A DNA stretch of 64,000 nucleotides from positions 4,928,001 to 4,992,000 of the forward strand of contig OY969695.1 of assembly GCA_963701965.1 (NCBI GenBank). The letters are read 5' to 3'. Shown here piece after piece: positions 51,622-60,849 of the stretch. Below the pieces are notes generated by a model. That model made no database searches, was not told the origin of the DNA, and saw only the letters and a list, made by a program, of their open reading frames with translations. This DNA comes from an uncultured Gemmatimonadales bacterium. GTDB lineage: Bacteria; Gemmatimonadota; Gemmatimonadetes; Gemmatimonadales; Gemmatimonadaceae. Positions within the stretch are counted from its first letter, which is position 1, and each line of letters opens with the position of its first letter. The position numbers were made by a program, and so were the translations under genes.

Positions 51622-52827
51622 GTGCGGCCATTCGCGCAGCGCCGGGTGTTGCTCGGCGTCACCGGCGGGATCGCGAGCTACAAGTCGGTGACCCTGGCCC
51701 GGCTCCTGACGACAGCGGGCGCCGAGGTCGACATCGTGCAAACGCGCGCCGCCATGGAGTTCGTCGGCGCGGTCACGTTCGAGGCGGTCACGGGGCGCTC
51801 CGTGTACTCGGAGCTGATCGCGTCCGGGCATGCGCTCGATCACATCCGGTTGGCGCGGGCGGCCCACGCGATCGTCATTGCGCCGGCGACGGCGGATTTC
51901 ATCGCCCGCGCGGTCATGGGGCGGGCCGATGATCTCCTGAGCGCGGCGCTGCTGGCGGCCGACGCACCCGTGCTCATTGTGCCGGCGATGAACGATCGCA
52001 TGTGGGCGCATGGCCAGACCGTACGCAACGTCGCGCATCTGCGCGAGCTGGGGTACGGGATCGTAGACCCGGAGACGGGGCCGTTGGCCGTCGGTGAAGG
52101 ATCGGGGCCCGGGCGCATGCCGGAGCCGGAGACGATCTTCGCGCACGTGGGACGGCTGCTCGATGGGGACGGTGTGCTGCGCGGCCGGCGGGTCGTGGTC
52201 ACGGCCGGGGCGACCCGGGAGCCGATCGATCCCGTGCGGTTCATCTCCAATCACAGCTCCGGTCGTATGGGCGTCGCGGTCGCGGCTGCCGCCTGGCGCC
52301 GCGGGGCGGACGTCACACTCATCGCCGGACCGCTCGCGGTGGCGCCGCCGGTTGGCGCGACCGTTGTCTCCGTCGGCACGGCGGCCGAGATGCGGGACGC
52401 CGTGGCGGCGGCGTTGCCGGAGGCCGACGTGCTGATCATGGCCGCGGCGCCCGCGGACTTTCGGCCCGCGACGGTCGCCGACCAGAAGATCAAGAAAGAC
52501 CGGGCGCCGTCGACGCTCGCGTTGGAGCCGACTGACGATATCCTCCTAGCGACCCAGGAGTCCCGCGCGCCCGGAGCTATCATCGTCGGGTTCGCCCTGG
52601 AGACGCAGGCGGCTGTTGCCGGCGGGCGGGACAAGCTGCGGCGCAAAGACCTGGATCTCGTCGTCGTCAATGACGCGACCGAGCCGGGAGCGGGGTTTGC
52701 CGTGGAGACCAATCGCGTCACGCTCGTCGCCGAGGGTGAGCCGGACCAAGTCCTGCCGCTCTTGCCCAAGTCGGAGGTCGCCGACGCGATTCTCGATCGC
52801 GTCGAAGGTCTCCTGCGTGGACGCTAA
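51622..52827 (+). CDS. coaBC: Phosphopantothenoylcysteine decarboxylase/ligase
   Basis: GVTGGIASYK, PAMNDRMW, TAGATREPIDPVRFISNHSSGRMG, VGFALET. Confidence 0.97.
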   Translation: MRPFAQRRVLLGVTGGIASYKSVTLARLLTTAGAEVDIVQTRAAMEFVGAVTFEAVTGRSVYSELIASGHALDHIRLARAAHAIVIAPATADFIARAVMGRADDLLSAALLAADAPVLIVPAMNDRMWAHGQTVRNVAHLRELGYGIVDPETGPLAVGEGSGPGRMPEPETIFAHVGRLLDGDGVLRGRRVVVTAGATREPIDPVRFISNHSSGRMGVAVAAAAWRRGADVTLIAGPLAVAPPVGATVVSVGTAAEMRDAVAAALPEADVLIMAAAPADFRPATVADQKIKKDRAPSTLALEPTDDILLATQESRAPGAIIVGFALETQAAVAGGRDKLRRKDLDLVVVNDATEPGAGFAVETNRVTLVAEGEPDQVLPLLPKSEVADAILDRVEGLLRGR

Positions 52828-54019
52828 GGAGCTGCTGCGCCGCTATCTCGAGCAGCGGCGCGACATGGGGGAGAGCGAGCTGGTGCTCGACGGCATGGCC
52901 GTCGACGAGGTCATGCGCCTCGTTGGTGCCGAACCGACCGGCGCACGCGCTTCGCGCGGCGCCCCCGCGCCGGCTACGCCGGCAGCCCCCAGCCCGGCGG
53001 CTACTGGCCGTGAGGCAGCAACGGGCCGTGAGGCAGCAACGGGCCGTGAGGCAGCGACGGGGCAAGACGCGACGACGGACCGCGAAGCGGCATCGGCTCG
53101 CGAAACGGCAGGAGGCCGCGAGACGGGGGCCGCCGGCGAAATGCCGCCGCGCCGCGAAGCGGGCGCGGAGCGTGAACCTGTGACGGCGCAGGAGGCAGCG
53201 TCTAGCCCGAAAGCAGCGGGAGACCGCGACGCCGCGCGAGCGGCGCGCCAAGCGGGCACGCGGGATGCCGGGGGGCATGCGGAGGGAGCACGTGCGGGCG
53301 ACCGCGCGGCCGACGGTGGCGGGTCGCGCGAAGCGCGCCCGCCGTTCAGCGCGGAGCGCCCGGCGGACGTGCCAAAGTCAGTCGAACCCGTCCCGGGCCC
53401 GTCGATCGTCATCGGCCGCGCCGGCTCCGAGCTCTTCGCGGGCCCACTCGGCGCGCTCGACTCGCTCGACGCGATCGCCGCCCACGCCGCGGCCTGCACG
53501 CGCTGTTCGCTGTCCCAGACCGCGACCAACTGTGTGCCGGGCGAGGGCAGCGCCACGGCGAAACTGATGTGCGTCGGCGAGGCCCCAGGCGAGCAGGAGG
53601 ACTTGACCGGCCGCCCCTTCGTCGGCAGAGCCGGACAGTTGCTCACCAAGATCCTGGCCGCGATCAACTTGGCGCGCGAGGACGTCTTCATCTGCAACGT
53701 CCTGAAGCACCGCCCCCCCGGCAACCGCAACCCACTCCCTACCGAGGTCGCGGCCTGCAGCCCGTATCTGATCCGTCAGATCGAGCTCATTCGCCCCAGG
53801 GTGATCGTCGCATTCGGTACTTTTGCCGCCCAAACGCTCCTGGAAACGAAGCTCCCGATCGGCCGGTTGCGCGGAACGGTCCACCGGTACTACGGTGTGC
53901 CCCTGATCGTCACGTACCATCCTGCCGCGCTCCTGCGCAACCCCAATTGGAAGCGCCCTACCTGGGACGACGTTCAACATGCCCGCCGCCTCCTCGACCG
54001 CACCGGTGACGGGACGTGA
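52817..54019 (+). CDS. Family-4 uracil-DNA glycosylase with long low-complexity N-terminal linker
   Basis: CTRC, VGEAPGEQED...PFVGRAG, NVLKHRPPGNR, TYHPAALLR. Confidence 0.9.
   Translation: MDAKELLRRYLEQRRDMGESELVLDGMAVDEVMRLVGAEPTGARASRGAPAPATPAAPSPAATGREAATGREAATGREAATGQDATTDREAASARETAGGRETGAAGEMPPRREAGAEREPVTAQEAASSPKAAGDRDAARAARQAGTRDAGGHAEGARAGDRAADGGGSREARPPFSAERPADVPKSVEPVPGPSIVIGRAGSELFAGPLGALDSLDAIAAHAAACTRCSLSQTATNCVPGEGSATAKLMCVGEAPGEQEDLTGRPFVGRAGQLLTKILAAINLAREDVFICNVLKHRPPGNRNPLPTEVAACSPYLIRQIELIRPRVIVAFGTFAAQTLLETKLPIGRLRGTVHRYYGVPLIVTYHPAALLRNPNWKRPTWDDVQHARRLLDRTGDGT
53003..53236 (+). repeat. In-frame 18-bp tandem repeat (TGREAA-like hexapeptide), three near-perfect and about ten degenerate units
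   Basis: AC(T/G)GGCCGTGAGGCAGC(A/G) at 53003, 53021 and 53039, then decaying units in register. Confidence 0.8.
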
Positions 54020-55385
54020 CCCGTTCGCCGACCGGCAACCCCCTTACTCCGAGGATGCGGAGCAGGCGGTGCTGGCGGCGATGATGATCGACACGGACGC
54101 CGTAATGCGCGCGTCCGAGGTCCTGACCGACGCGATGTTCCACCGGCCGGCGCACCGGCGGCTGTTCCGCGCCATGATCGCCATCGCCGAGCGCGGCGCC
54201 GTGATCGACCCGCTCACGCTCTCGGATGAATTGGAGCGCCGCGGCGAGCTCGACGGAGCGGGCGGCAAGGACTACATCTCCCGGCTCGTCGACGCCGTGC
54301 CCACCGCGGCCAACGTCGAGTACCACGCCCGGATCGTACGGGAGAAGGCGCAACTGCGCCGCCTGATCGAGGTCTCGACCTCGATCGTTCAGGAAGCATT
54401 CGAGGCCCGTCTCTCCGCCGGCGAACTACTCGACGACGCCGAGCACAAGATCCTGCAATTGAGTCAGGATCGGGGGAGCGTCGGGTTCACCCGGGTCAAA
54501 GAGCTCTTGTGGCCCGCGATCGAGCGAATCGAAGACCAGCAGAAACGCGGCGGCGCCCTCACCGGCGTGCCCTCTGGTTTCCACGACCTCGATGATATGA
54601 CGGCCGGCTTCCAGCCATCCGACCTCATCATCGTGGCCGCCCGCCCGGCGATGGGCAAGACATCGCTGGTGCTCAACATCGCCCAACACGTCGGCATCGA
54701 GAAGAACATTCCGGTCGCGTTCTTCTCTCTGGAAATGAGCAAGGACTCGCTCGTGCAGCGCCTCTTGACCAGCGAGGCGCGCATCGACGCCCAGCTCGTC
54801 CGCAAGGCGATGCTCAAGGACGAGCACTTCTCGCGTCTCGCCCGCGCGGCCGGCGTCATCAGCCCGGCCCCGATCTACATCAATGACTCCGCGTCCCTCA
54901 CGCTGCTGGAGATGCGGTCGCGGGCGCGCCGGCTCAAAGTCGATAGCGGCATCGGCCTGATCGTCGTCGACTACCTCCAGCTGATCAACGGCCCATCGGC
55001 CGAAAACCGCCAGCAGGAGATCAGCCAGATCTCGCGCTCGCTCAAAGCTTTGGCGAAAGAGTTGAACGTGCCCGTCCTCGCCTTGTCGCAGCTCTCGCGC
55101 GCGCCCGAGCAACGCGGCGCCGACTCCAAGCGCCCCCAGTTGTCCGACCTCCGCGAGTCCGGCGCGATCGAGCAGGATGCCGACCTGGTGCTCTTCATCT
55201 ATCGCCCCGAAGTCTACGGCGAGACGAAGGACAAGGATGGGAACTCGCTCGAGGGCACGGCCGAGATCATCATCGGCAAGCAGCGCAACGGCCCGATCGG
55301 CACGGTGAACCTCTATTTCCGAAAGAGCTATACCCGGTTCGAGAGCATGTCGAGCCGGCCGGCGTCGTCGTCCGGCGTGTTGTGA
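53979..55385 (+). CDS. dnaB: Replicative DNA helicase
   Basis: PPYSEDAEQAVL, AARPAMGKT, VDYLQL, LSQLSR, LRESGAIEQDAD, KQRNGP; no intein. Confidence 0.97.
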   Translation: MPAASSTAPVTGRDPFADRQPPYSEDAEQAVLAAMMIDTDAVMRASEVLTDAMFHRPAHRRLFRAMIAIAERGAVIDPLTLSDELERRGELDGAGGKDYISRLVDAVPTAANVEYHARIVREKAQLRRLIEVSTSIVQEAFEARLSAGELLDDAEHKILQLSQDRGSVGFTRVKELLWPAIERIEDQQKRGGALTGVPSGFHDLDDMTAGFQPSDLIIVAARPAMGKTSLVLNIAQHVGIEKNIPVAFFSLEMSKDSLVQRLLTSEARIDAQLVRKAMLKDEHFSRLARAAGVISPAPIYINDSASLTLLEMRSRARRLKVDSGIGLIVVDYLQLINGPSAENRQQEISQISRSLKALAKELNVPVLALSQLSRAPEQRGADSKRPQLSDLRESGAIEQDADLVLFIYRPEVYGETKDKDGNSLEGTAEIIIGKQRNGPIGTVNLYFRKSYTRFESMSSRPASSSGVL

Positions 55386-56743
55386 CCAAGCTCAAAACGG
55401 CCTTCCGCTGCAGCGAGTGCGGTGCCGAGCACGCCAAGTGGGGCGGCAAGTGCGAAGTCTGCGGCGAGTGGAACACGATCGTCGAGGAGCCGGCGGCCGC
55501 TCGCGCCCCGGCGCGGCGATCCACCCCCGGCACCGCCCGTCCCGCGGCGCGACTTCGCGACGTTTCGGCGGCCGACACGGCGCGGTGGCGCACGGGGCTC
55601 GACGAGTTCGACTTCGTGCTGGGCGGCGGCATCGTGCCGGGATCGATGGTGCTGGTCGGTGGAGAACCCGGCATCGGCAAGTCGACGCTGCTCCTCCAGA
55701 TGGCGGCGCGCCTCGAGGAGCGCGGGCGGCCCGCGTTGTACGTCTCTGGTGAAGAGTCCCCGGCCCAGGTCCGATTGCGCGCCGATCGCCTGGGCGCATC
55801 CGCTGGCGACGTGCGCCTGGTCAGCGAGACGAACCTGGAAAACGTGCTGGCCACCGCGTCGGCCGCCGACCGCGGAGGCGTGCTCGTCGTCGACTCGATC
55901 CAGACGGTCTACACGTCGGACCTGGAAGGAGCGCCTGGAAACGTCGGCCAGGTCCGCGAGTGCGCGGCGCGCCTCATGCGGTTCGCGAAGGACAGCGGGA
56001 CCGCCGTCGTCGTCGTCGGACACGTGACCAAGGGCGGCGGCATCGCCGGCCCCAAGACCCTCGAGCACATCGTCGACACCGTCCTGTATTTCGAGGGCGA
56101 GAGCACGCTCGATCACCGCCTGCTGCGCGCCACCAAAAACCGGTTTGGGGGCGTCGACGAGATCGGCGTCTTTCGGATGACCGAGACCGGCTTGGCCGGC
56201 GTCGCCAATCCCTCGGAGCTCTTTCTCGGTGACCGCCTGGCCAGCGCGTCCGGCACGGCGATCACCGCGCTCATCGAGGGCACGCGCCCCGTGCTCGTGG
56301 AGATCCAAGCCCTCGCGGCGAAAGCCGGCTTTGGGACACCGCAGCGGGTCAGCACGGGACTCGATGGCCGCCGTCTCGCGCTGCTGCTCGCCGTGCTCGA
56401 TAAGCGCGCCGGATTGTCATTCGCCGCGCTCGATGTGTTCGTGAACGTCGTGGGCGGGATGCGTCTTATCGAGCCCGCGGGCGACTTGGCCGTCACGGCC
56501 GCGTTGGCGTCCAGCGTCTATGATCGTGCGTTGCCGCCGGACGCCGTGTTCATCGGCGAGGTCGGGCTGGGTGGTGAAGTGCGACCCGTGTCGCAGATGG
56601 AGCGCCGGCTGGCGGAAGCGGCGAAAATGGGCTGTGCGCGGGCATTCGTGGCCGAGCGCGCGGTTCCCGCGCGGCCGGTGGTGGGGATGCAGGCGGTGGG
56701 CGTGCCGACGCTCGCCGCGCTCTGCGAACGTCTCTTCGCGTGA
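55382..56743 (+). CDS. radA: DNA repair protein RadA/Sms
   Basis: CSECG...CEVCGEW zinc finger, GEPGIGKST, KNRFG. Confidence 0.97.
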   Translation: MTKLKTAFRCSECGAEHAKWGGKCEVCGEWNTIVEEPAAARAPARRSTPGTARPAARLRDVSAADTARWRTGLDEFDFVLGGGIVPGSMVLVGGEPGIGKSTLLLQMAARLEERGRPALYVSGEESPAQVRLRADRLGASAGDVRLVSETNLENVLATASAADRGGVLVVDSIQTVYTSDLEGAPGNVGQVRECAARLMRFAKDSGTAVVVVGHVTKGGGIAGPKTLEHIVDTVLYFEGESTLDHRLLRATKNRFGGVDEIGVFRMTETGLAGVANPSELFLGDRLASASGTAITALIEGTRPVLVEIQALAAKAGFGTPQRVSTGLDGRRLALLLAVLDKRAGLSFAALDVFVNVVGGMRLIEPAGDLAVTAALASSVYDRALPPDAVFIGEVGLGGEVRPVSQMERRLAEAAKMGCARAFVAERAVPARPVVGMQAVGVPTLAALCERLFA

Positions 56744-57429
56744 GCGCCGACGTTGGCGTCATCGTTGTCGCCGCCGGTTCCGGCTCGCGCGTCGGCAGCG
56801 GCGAGTTGAAGCAGTTTCGCTGGGTCGCCGGCAAGCCCATGCTGTTGCACAGCGTGCACTTGTTCCAGGCGCGGGCGGACGTGGGGATGGTCGTGTGCGT
56901 ATTGCCACGGTCGGCCGTCGGCGATCCGCCGCCCTGGATCTTTCAATCCGACACCGACCGGCTGCTCCTGTCCGTCGGCGGGAAGGAAAGACAGGACTCG
57001 GTGGCGAACGGCTTGGAGGATCTGGCAAGCGAGCTCGACATCGTGGTGATTCACGACGCAGCCCGGCCGCTGGTGACCGATGCCGTCGTGGGCCGGGTGA
57101 TCGACGAGGCGCGGGCCGGACGCTGTGCGATCGCGGCGCTGCCCGTCGTCGACACGCTCAAGGAGGTCGATGCCGGCGGCGTGATCGCGCGCACCGTCTC
57201 CCGCGATCGGCTGTGGCGCGCCCAGACCCCGCAGGCCTTCCCGCGCGCGGTCCTGGTGCGCGCGCACGCCGAGGCGCGCGCGCGGGGTGTGCGGGCCACG
57301 GATGACGCGGCGCTTTGCGAGGCACTGGGGATTCCCGTCGTGGTGGTGCGCGGCACGGAGCGGGCGATGAAGATCACCGAAGAGAGCGACTTCGCCCGCG
57401 CCGACGCCATCGGCATGCTCCAGGAGTAG
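56740..57429 (+). CDS. ispD: 2-C-methyl-D-erythritol 4-phosphate cytidylyltransferase
   Basis: AAGSGSR, KQF, IHDAARP, AQTPQAF, TDDA, KIT. Confidence 0.95.
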   Translation: MSADVGVIVVAAGSGSRVGSGELKQFRWVAGKPMLLHSVHLFQARADVGMVVCVLPRSAVGDPPPWIFQSDTDRLLLSVGGKERQDSVANGLEDLASELDIVVIHDAARPLVTDAVVGRVIDEARAGRCAIAALPVVDTLKEVDAGGVIARTVSRDRLWRAQTPQAFPRAVLVRAHAEARARGVRATDDAALCEALGIPVVVVRGTERAMKITEESDFARADAIGMLQE

Positions 57430-57434
57430 GCGAG

Positions 57435-58100
57435 GTGGAACCGCGCGCCGTTCCGTTCTGGTCCCCCGCCGAGATCGAGATCGCCATCAGTGGGACGATC
57501 GCGCACCTGCGTGCCGGCGGTGTGCTGGCCTATCCGACGGAGACCGTGTACGGGTTCGGGGGGCAGGCCGACCAGATCGGCGTCGACGCGCTGGCGACAT
57601 TCAAGGGTCGCGCCCCCGGCAAACCGTTCTTGCTTCTCATTAGTGGCAGCGCCATGCTGGCCCGCATCGGGCTGCATCTCCCCGCGAACGCCGCGGCGCT
57701 GGCCGCCCGGCACTGGCCCGGTCCGCTCACGCTCGTGTTGCCGGGTGGAGAGCGCCGCGTGCCGGATCGATTGCGCGGGCCGGAAGGCGGCGTCGCGGTG
57801 CGTTGGACCCCGCACCCGGGTCTCACGCGCCTCATCGCCGCGTATGGCGAGCCGATCACCTCGACGAGCGCCAACCGGCCGGGGGTACCGCCCGCCTCGT
57901 CCGCCGGAGAGATTGTTAAGGAGTGGAGCGATACGATGGCGCGCGGCGTGCTCCGCGTGTTGGACGGCGGTATCCTGCGCGCTTCGGCGCCGTCGACCGT
58001 GGTCGACTGCACGGGGCGGCATCCCCGGGTGATTCGCCCGGGCGCGATTCCGGCGGCCGCCTTGCGGGAGAGCGTGCCCGATCTGATCGGTGATGCCTAG
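57435..58100 (+). CDS. tsaC: L-threonylcarbamoyladenylate synthase (Sua5/YrdC)
   Basis: YPTETVYG, KGR, WPGPLT, STSAN, PSTVVD, RPGAI. Confidence 0.93.
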   Translation: MEPRAVPFWSPAEIEIAISGTIAHLRAGGVLAYPTETVYGFGGQADQIGVDALATFKGRAPGKPFLLLISGSAMLARIGLHLPANAAALAARHWPGPLTLVLPGGERRVPDRLRGPEGGVAVRWTPHPGLTRLIAAYGEPITSTSANRPGVPPASSAGEIVKEWSDTMARGVLRVLDGGILRASAPSTVVDCTGRHPRVIRPGAIPAAALRESVPDLIGDA

Positions 58101-58113
58101 GGCCTAAGGGAAC

Positions 58114-58575
58114 ATGAAGATCCTGTTCGTGTGCACCGGAAATACGTGTCGGAGTCCGCTGGCGGCGGCGATCGCGCGCCGGGTGGCGCGCGATCGGGGA
58201 ATCATCGCTGACACCATCGAGAGCGCGGGCACGAGCGCCTGGGATGGGCAGCCCGCATCGGATGGCGCGCTCCTCGTCGGGATCGAACGGGAGCTCGATC
58301 TGAGCGGCCATCGGTCGCGCACACTGACGCCGGCGTTGGTCGAGGCCCAGGACATCATCCTCACCATGGGTCCGCACCACCGCGAGCACGTCGAAGCAAT
58401 GGGGGGAGCGGGGAAGACGTTTCTGCTCTCGCAGTATGCCTCGCACGGCGCCAACGTGAATCCCATCAGCGATCCGTTCGGCGGCGAGCTCACGACCTAT
58501 CGCGCGACCGCTGAGGAGTTGGAGCAGGCCGTCCGGAAAGTTGTCGACCGGTTGGCCGCGGAGCGCGCGCGCTGA
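58114..58575 (+). CDS. Low-molecular-weight protein Arg/Tyr phosphatase
   Basis: ILFVCTGNTCRS P-loop and ISDPFGG. Confidence 0.93.
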   Translation: MKILFVCTGNTCRSPLAAAIARRVARDRGIIADTIESAGTSAWDGQPASDGALLVGIERELDLSGHRSRTLTPALVEAQDIILTMGPHHREHVEAMGGAGKTFLLSQYASHGANVNPISDPFGGELTTYRATAEELEQAVRKVVDRLAAERAR

Positions 58576-59387
58576 TCTCCGCGCCGCGGCGATTGGTGCT
58601 GTTGGGCCATCCGGTGGCCCACTCGCTGTCGCCACTCTTTCAATCGGCGGCGCTGCGCGCCGCCGGGCTCGACGTGACGTACGAGGCCGTCAATGTGCCG
58701 CCCGACCGGCTGGCGGAAGCGCTCGCCGGTCTCGTCGCCGAGCGGGCCGGCGGTAACGTCACGGTACCGCACAAGGAAGCCGTGGCGCGTGTATGCCAGC
58801 GCCTGACGCCATTGGCCGAGCGGATCGGCGCCGTGAATGTGTTCTGGGTCGAGGACGGCGCGCTGTGGGGCGACAACACGGACGCGGGCGGGTTTGCCGC
58901 GGCCGTCGCTTCCTTGGGCTGCGCGACCCCTGGCTCAGGCGACCGCGTCGCGGTCCTGGGCGCCGGCGGTGCCGCCGCCGCGGTGCTCGCGGCCGTCGGC
59001 CAGTGGCCCGGCGCACTCGCCAGCGTCTACAACCGCACGCCGGCCCGCGCGCTTGCCCTCTGCGCGCGCGCCGGTGCGCACGCGCGCGCGGTCGTGTCCG
59101 TCGACGATGCCCTAGCCGGCGCGCGCTTGGTCGTCAACGCCACGACGGTTGGATTACGCGATGACGCCCAACCAGTAGACGTCGCGCGTTTGCCCGCCGG
59201 CGCCAATGTCATCGATCTGGTATATCGCCCGGGCGGCACCGCATGGGTGCGCGCCGCGCGGGCACGCGGGCATCGGGCCATCGACGGTCTGCCGATGCTC
59301 ATCGAACAGGGCGCGCTGGCCTTCGAGCGCTGGTTCGGCGTGCCCCCGGATCGCGACGCAATGTGGCGCGCCGTCGCCGCGCGCTGA
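58572..59387 (+). CDS. aroE: Shikimate dehydrogenase
   Basis: GHPVAHSLSP, NVTVPHK, GDNTD, LGAGGAA, VNAT, DLVY, MLIEQG; start 58572 (CTG) or 58593. Confidence 0.93.
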   Translation: MISAPRRLVLLGHPVAHSLSPLFQSAALRAAGLDVTYEAVNVPPDRLAEALAGLVAERAGGNVTVPHKEAVARVCQRLTPLAERIGAVNVFWVEDGALWGDNTDAGGFAAAVASLGCATPGSGDRVAVLGAGGAAAAVLAAVGQWPGALASVYNRTPARALALCARAGAHARAVVSVDDALAGARLVVNATTVGLRDDAQPVDVARLPAGANVIDLVYRPGGTAWVRAARARGHRAIDGLPMLIEQGALAFERWFGVPPDRDAMWRAVAAR

Positions 59388-59569
59388 TAAAAGGCGCCCC
59401 GCGGCATAAGCTCAGCCGTGCCCCGTGGGATGCGAGGGCGGTGTTACGGGGGCGTGGAGATCTGCGCGCGACCAAGGCATTTTTCGCCGCGCGGGTTGCC
59501 GGATTCCGGACCCCCAGTAGCAAACGCGATACATTACACGGCGTCCCACCCCTAAGGAGCGTCACACGC

Positions 59570-60583
59570 ATGACCATCCGAGTCGGCATAAACGGCTTCG
59601 GCCGGATCGGCCGGCAGGTCCTTCGCGCGGCGAAACAGCAAGGCGTCGCTGACCTGCAGTTCGTGGCCGTCAACGACCTGACCGATACGAACACTCTCGC
59701 CCATCTCTTCAAGTACGACTCCGTGCATCGCACCTACCAGGGTGTGGTGGAAGCGGAGCCCAATGCCGTCTGCATCGACGGCGATCGTATTCGCATTTTG
59801 TCGGAGAAGGACCCCGGCCGCTTGCCGTGGCGGGAGTTGAACGTCGACGTGGTCCTCGAATCGACGGGCCGTTTCACGAATGCATCCGATGCCCGCAAGC
59901 ACATCAATGCCGGCGCCCGCAAGGTGATCATCTCGGCGCCGGCGAAAGGCGAGGATCTCACGGTGGTGATGGGCGTGAACCACCAAGGCTACGACGGCGC
60001 GAAGCACCGCATCGTGTCCAACGCCTCGTGCACGACCAACTGTCTCGTGCCGATGGTGAAAGTCGTGCGTGACGCTTTTGGGTTTCGGCACGGCCACATG
60101 GTCACGATCCACAGCTACACCAATGATCAGGTGATGCTCGACTTTCCGCATAAGGATCTGCGCCGCGCCCGCGCCGGCGCGCTCTCAATGATCCCGACCA
60201 CGACCGGCGCCGCCAAGGCGACGGGACTGGTGATTCCCGAAGTCAAAGGCAAAATCGACGGCATCTCGATTCGCGTGCCGACGCCGGATGTCTCACTCGT
60301 GGAGCTGACGGCCGAGGTCGAAAAACCCACCACGATCGAGGCCGTGAACGCCGCGTTCCGTGCCGCGTCGGAGGCCGGGCCGCTGGAGGGGTTTCTCGCC
60401 TATTCCGACGTCGAGCTGGTGTCCAGCGACTATATCGGCGACCCGCACTCGTGCACGCTCGATGCCAAGAGCACGAACGTCGTCGACGGCACGCTGGTCA
60501 AGCTGTCGGGGTGGTACGACAACGAGTGGGGATACGCGTCGCGCTGCGTCGATCTCCTGCGCTTCATCGGCGCGCGCTTGTGA
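59570..60583 (+). CDS. gap: Glyceraldehyde-3-phosphate dehydrogenase
   Basis: GINGFGRIGR, SNASCTTNC, WYDNEWGY; AAGGAG RBS. Confidence 0.98.
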   Translation: MTIRVGINGFGRIGRQVLRAAKQQGVADLQFVAVNDLTDTNTLAHLFKYDSVHRTYQGVVEAEPNAVCIDGDRIRILSEKDPGRLPWRELNVDVVLESTGRFTNASDARKHINAGARKVIISAPAKGEDLTVVMGVNHQGYDGAKHRIVSNASCTTNCLVPMVKVVRDAFGFRHGHMVTIHSYTNDQVMLDFPHKDLRRARAGALSMIPTTTGAAKATGLVIPEVKGKIDGISIRVPTPDVSLVELTAEVEKPTTIEAVNAAFRAASEAGPLEGFLAYSDVELVSSDYIGDPHSCTLDAKSTNVVDGTLVKLSGWYDNEWGYASRCVDLLRFIGARL

Positions 60584-60849
60584 GTGAGACGCGTGGGGCG
60601 CCGACCCGGGCCAATCGCTTCCTCGATCTCATCGCCACCGCCCTCGTCGCCGCCGGCGTCATCGCCTACGGCTACGGCCTCGTCGGCATGAATCAGCTGG
60701 CCCACCACGGGATCGCGCATCCGACCGGCAACCTGCAGTCGAACGAGTGGATCATCCACTACCGGGCCGCGTATATCGGGCTGCGCGTCGCGATCACGGG
60801 CATCGTCGTCGCGATCCTGTCGTTCGCCATTCATGCGCGGCGCCGCTGA
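60580..60849 (+). CDS. Small two-TM hypothetical protein
   Basis: GTGA overlap with gap and TGATG overlap with pgk; two hydrophobic segments. Confidence 0.65.
   Translation: MSETRGAPTRANRFLDLIATALVAAGVIAYGYGLVGMNQLAHHGIAHPTGNLQSNEWIIHYRAAYIGLRVAITGIVVAILSFAIHARRR

Noticed and set aside
53003..53236. CRISPR-like array
   Set aside because: Units are contiguous 18-mers without spacers, in frame within a gene, and no cas genes are present.
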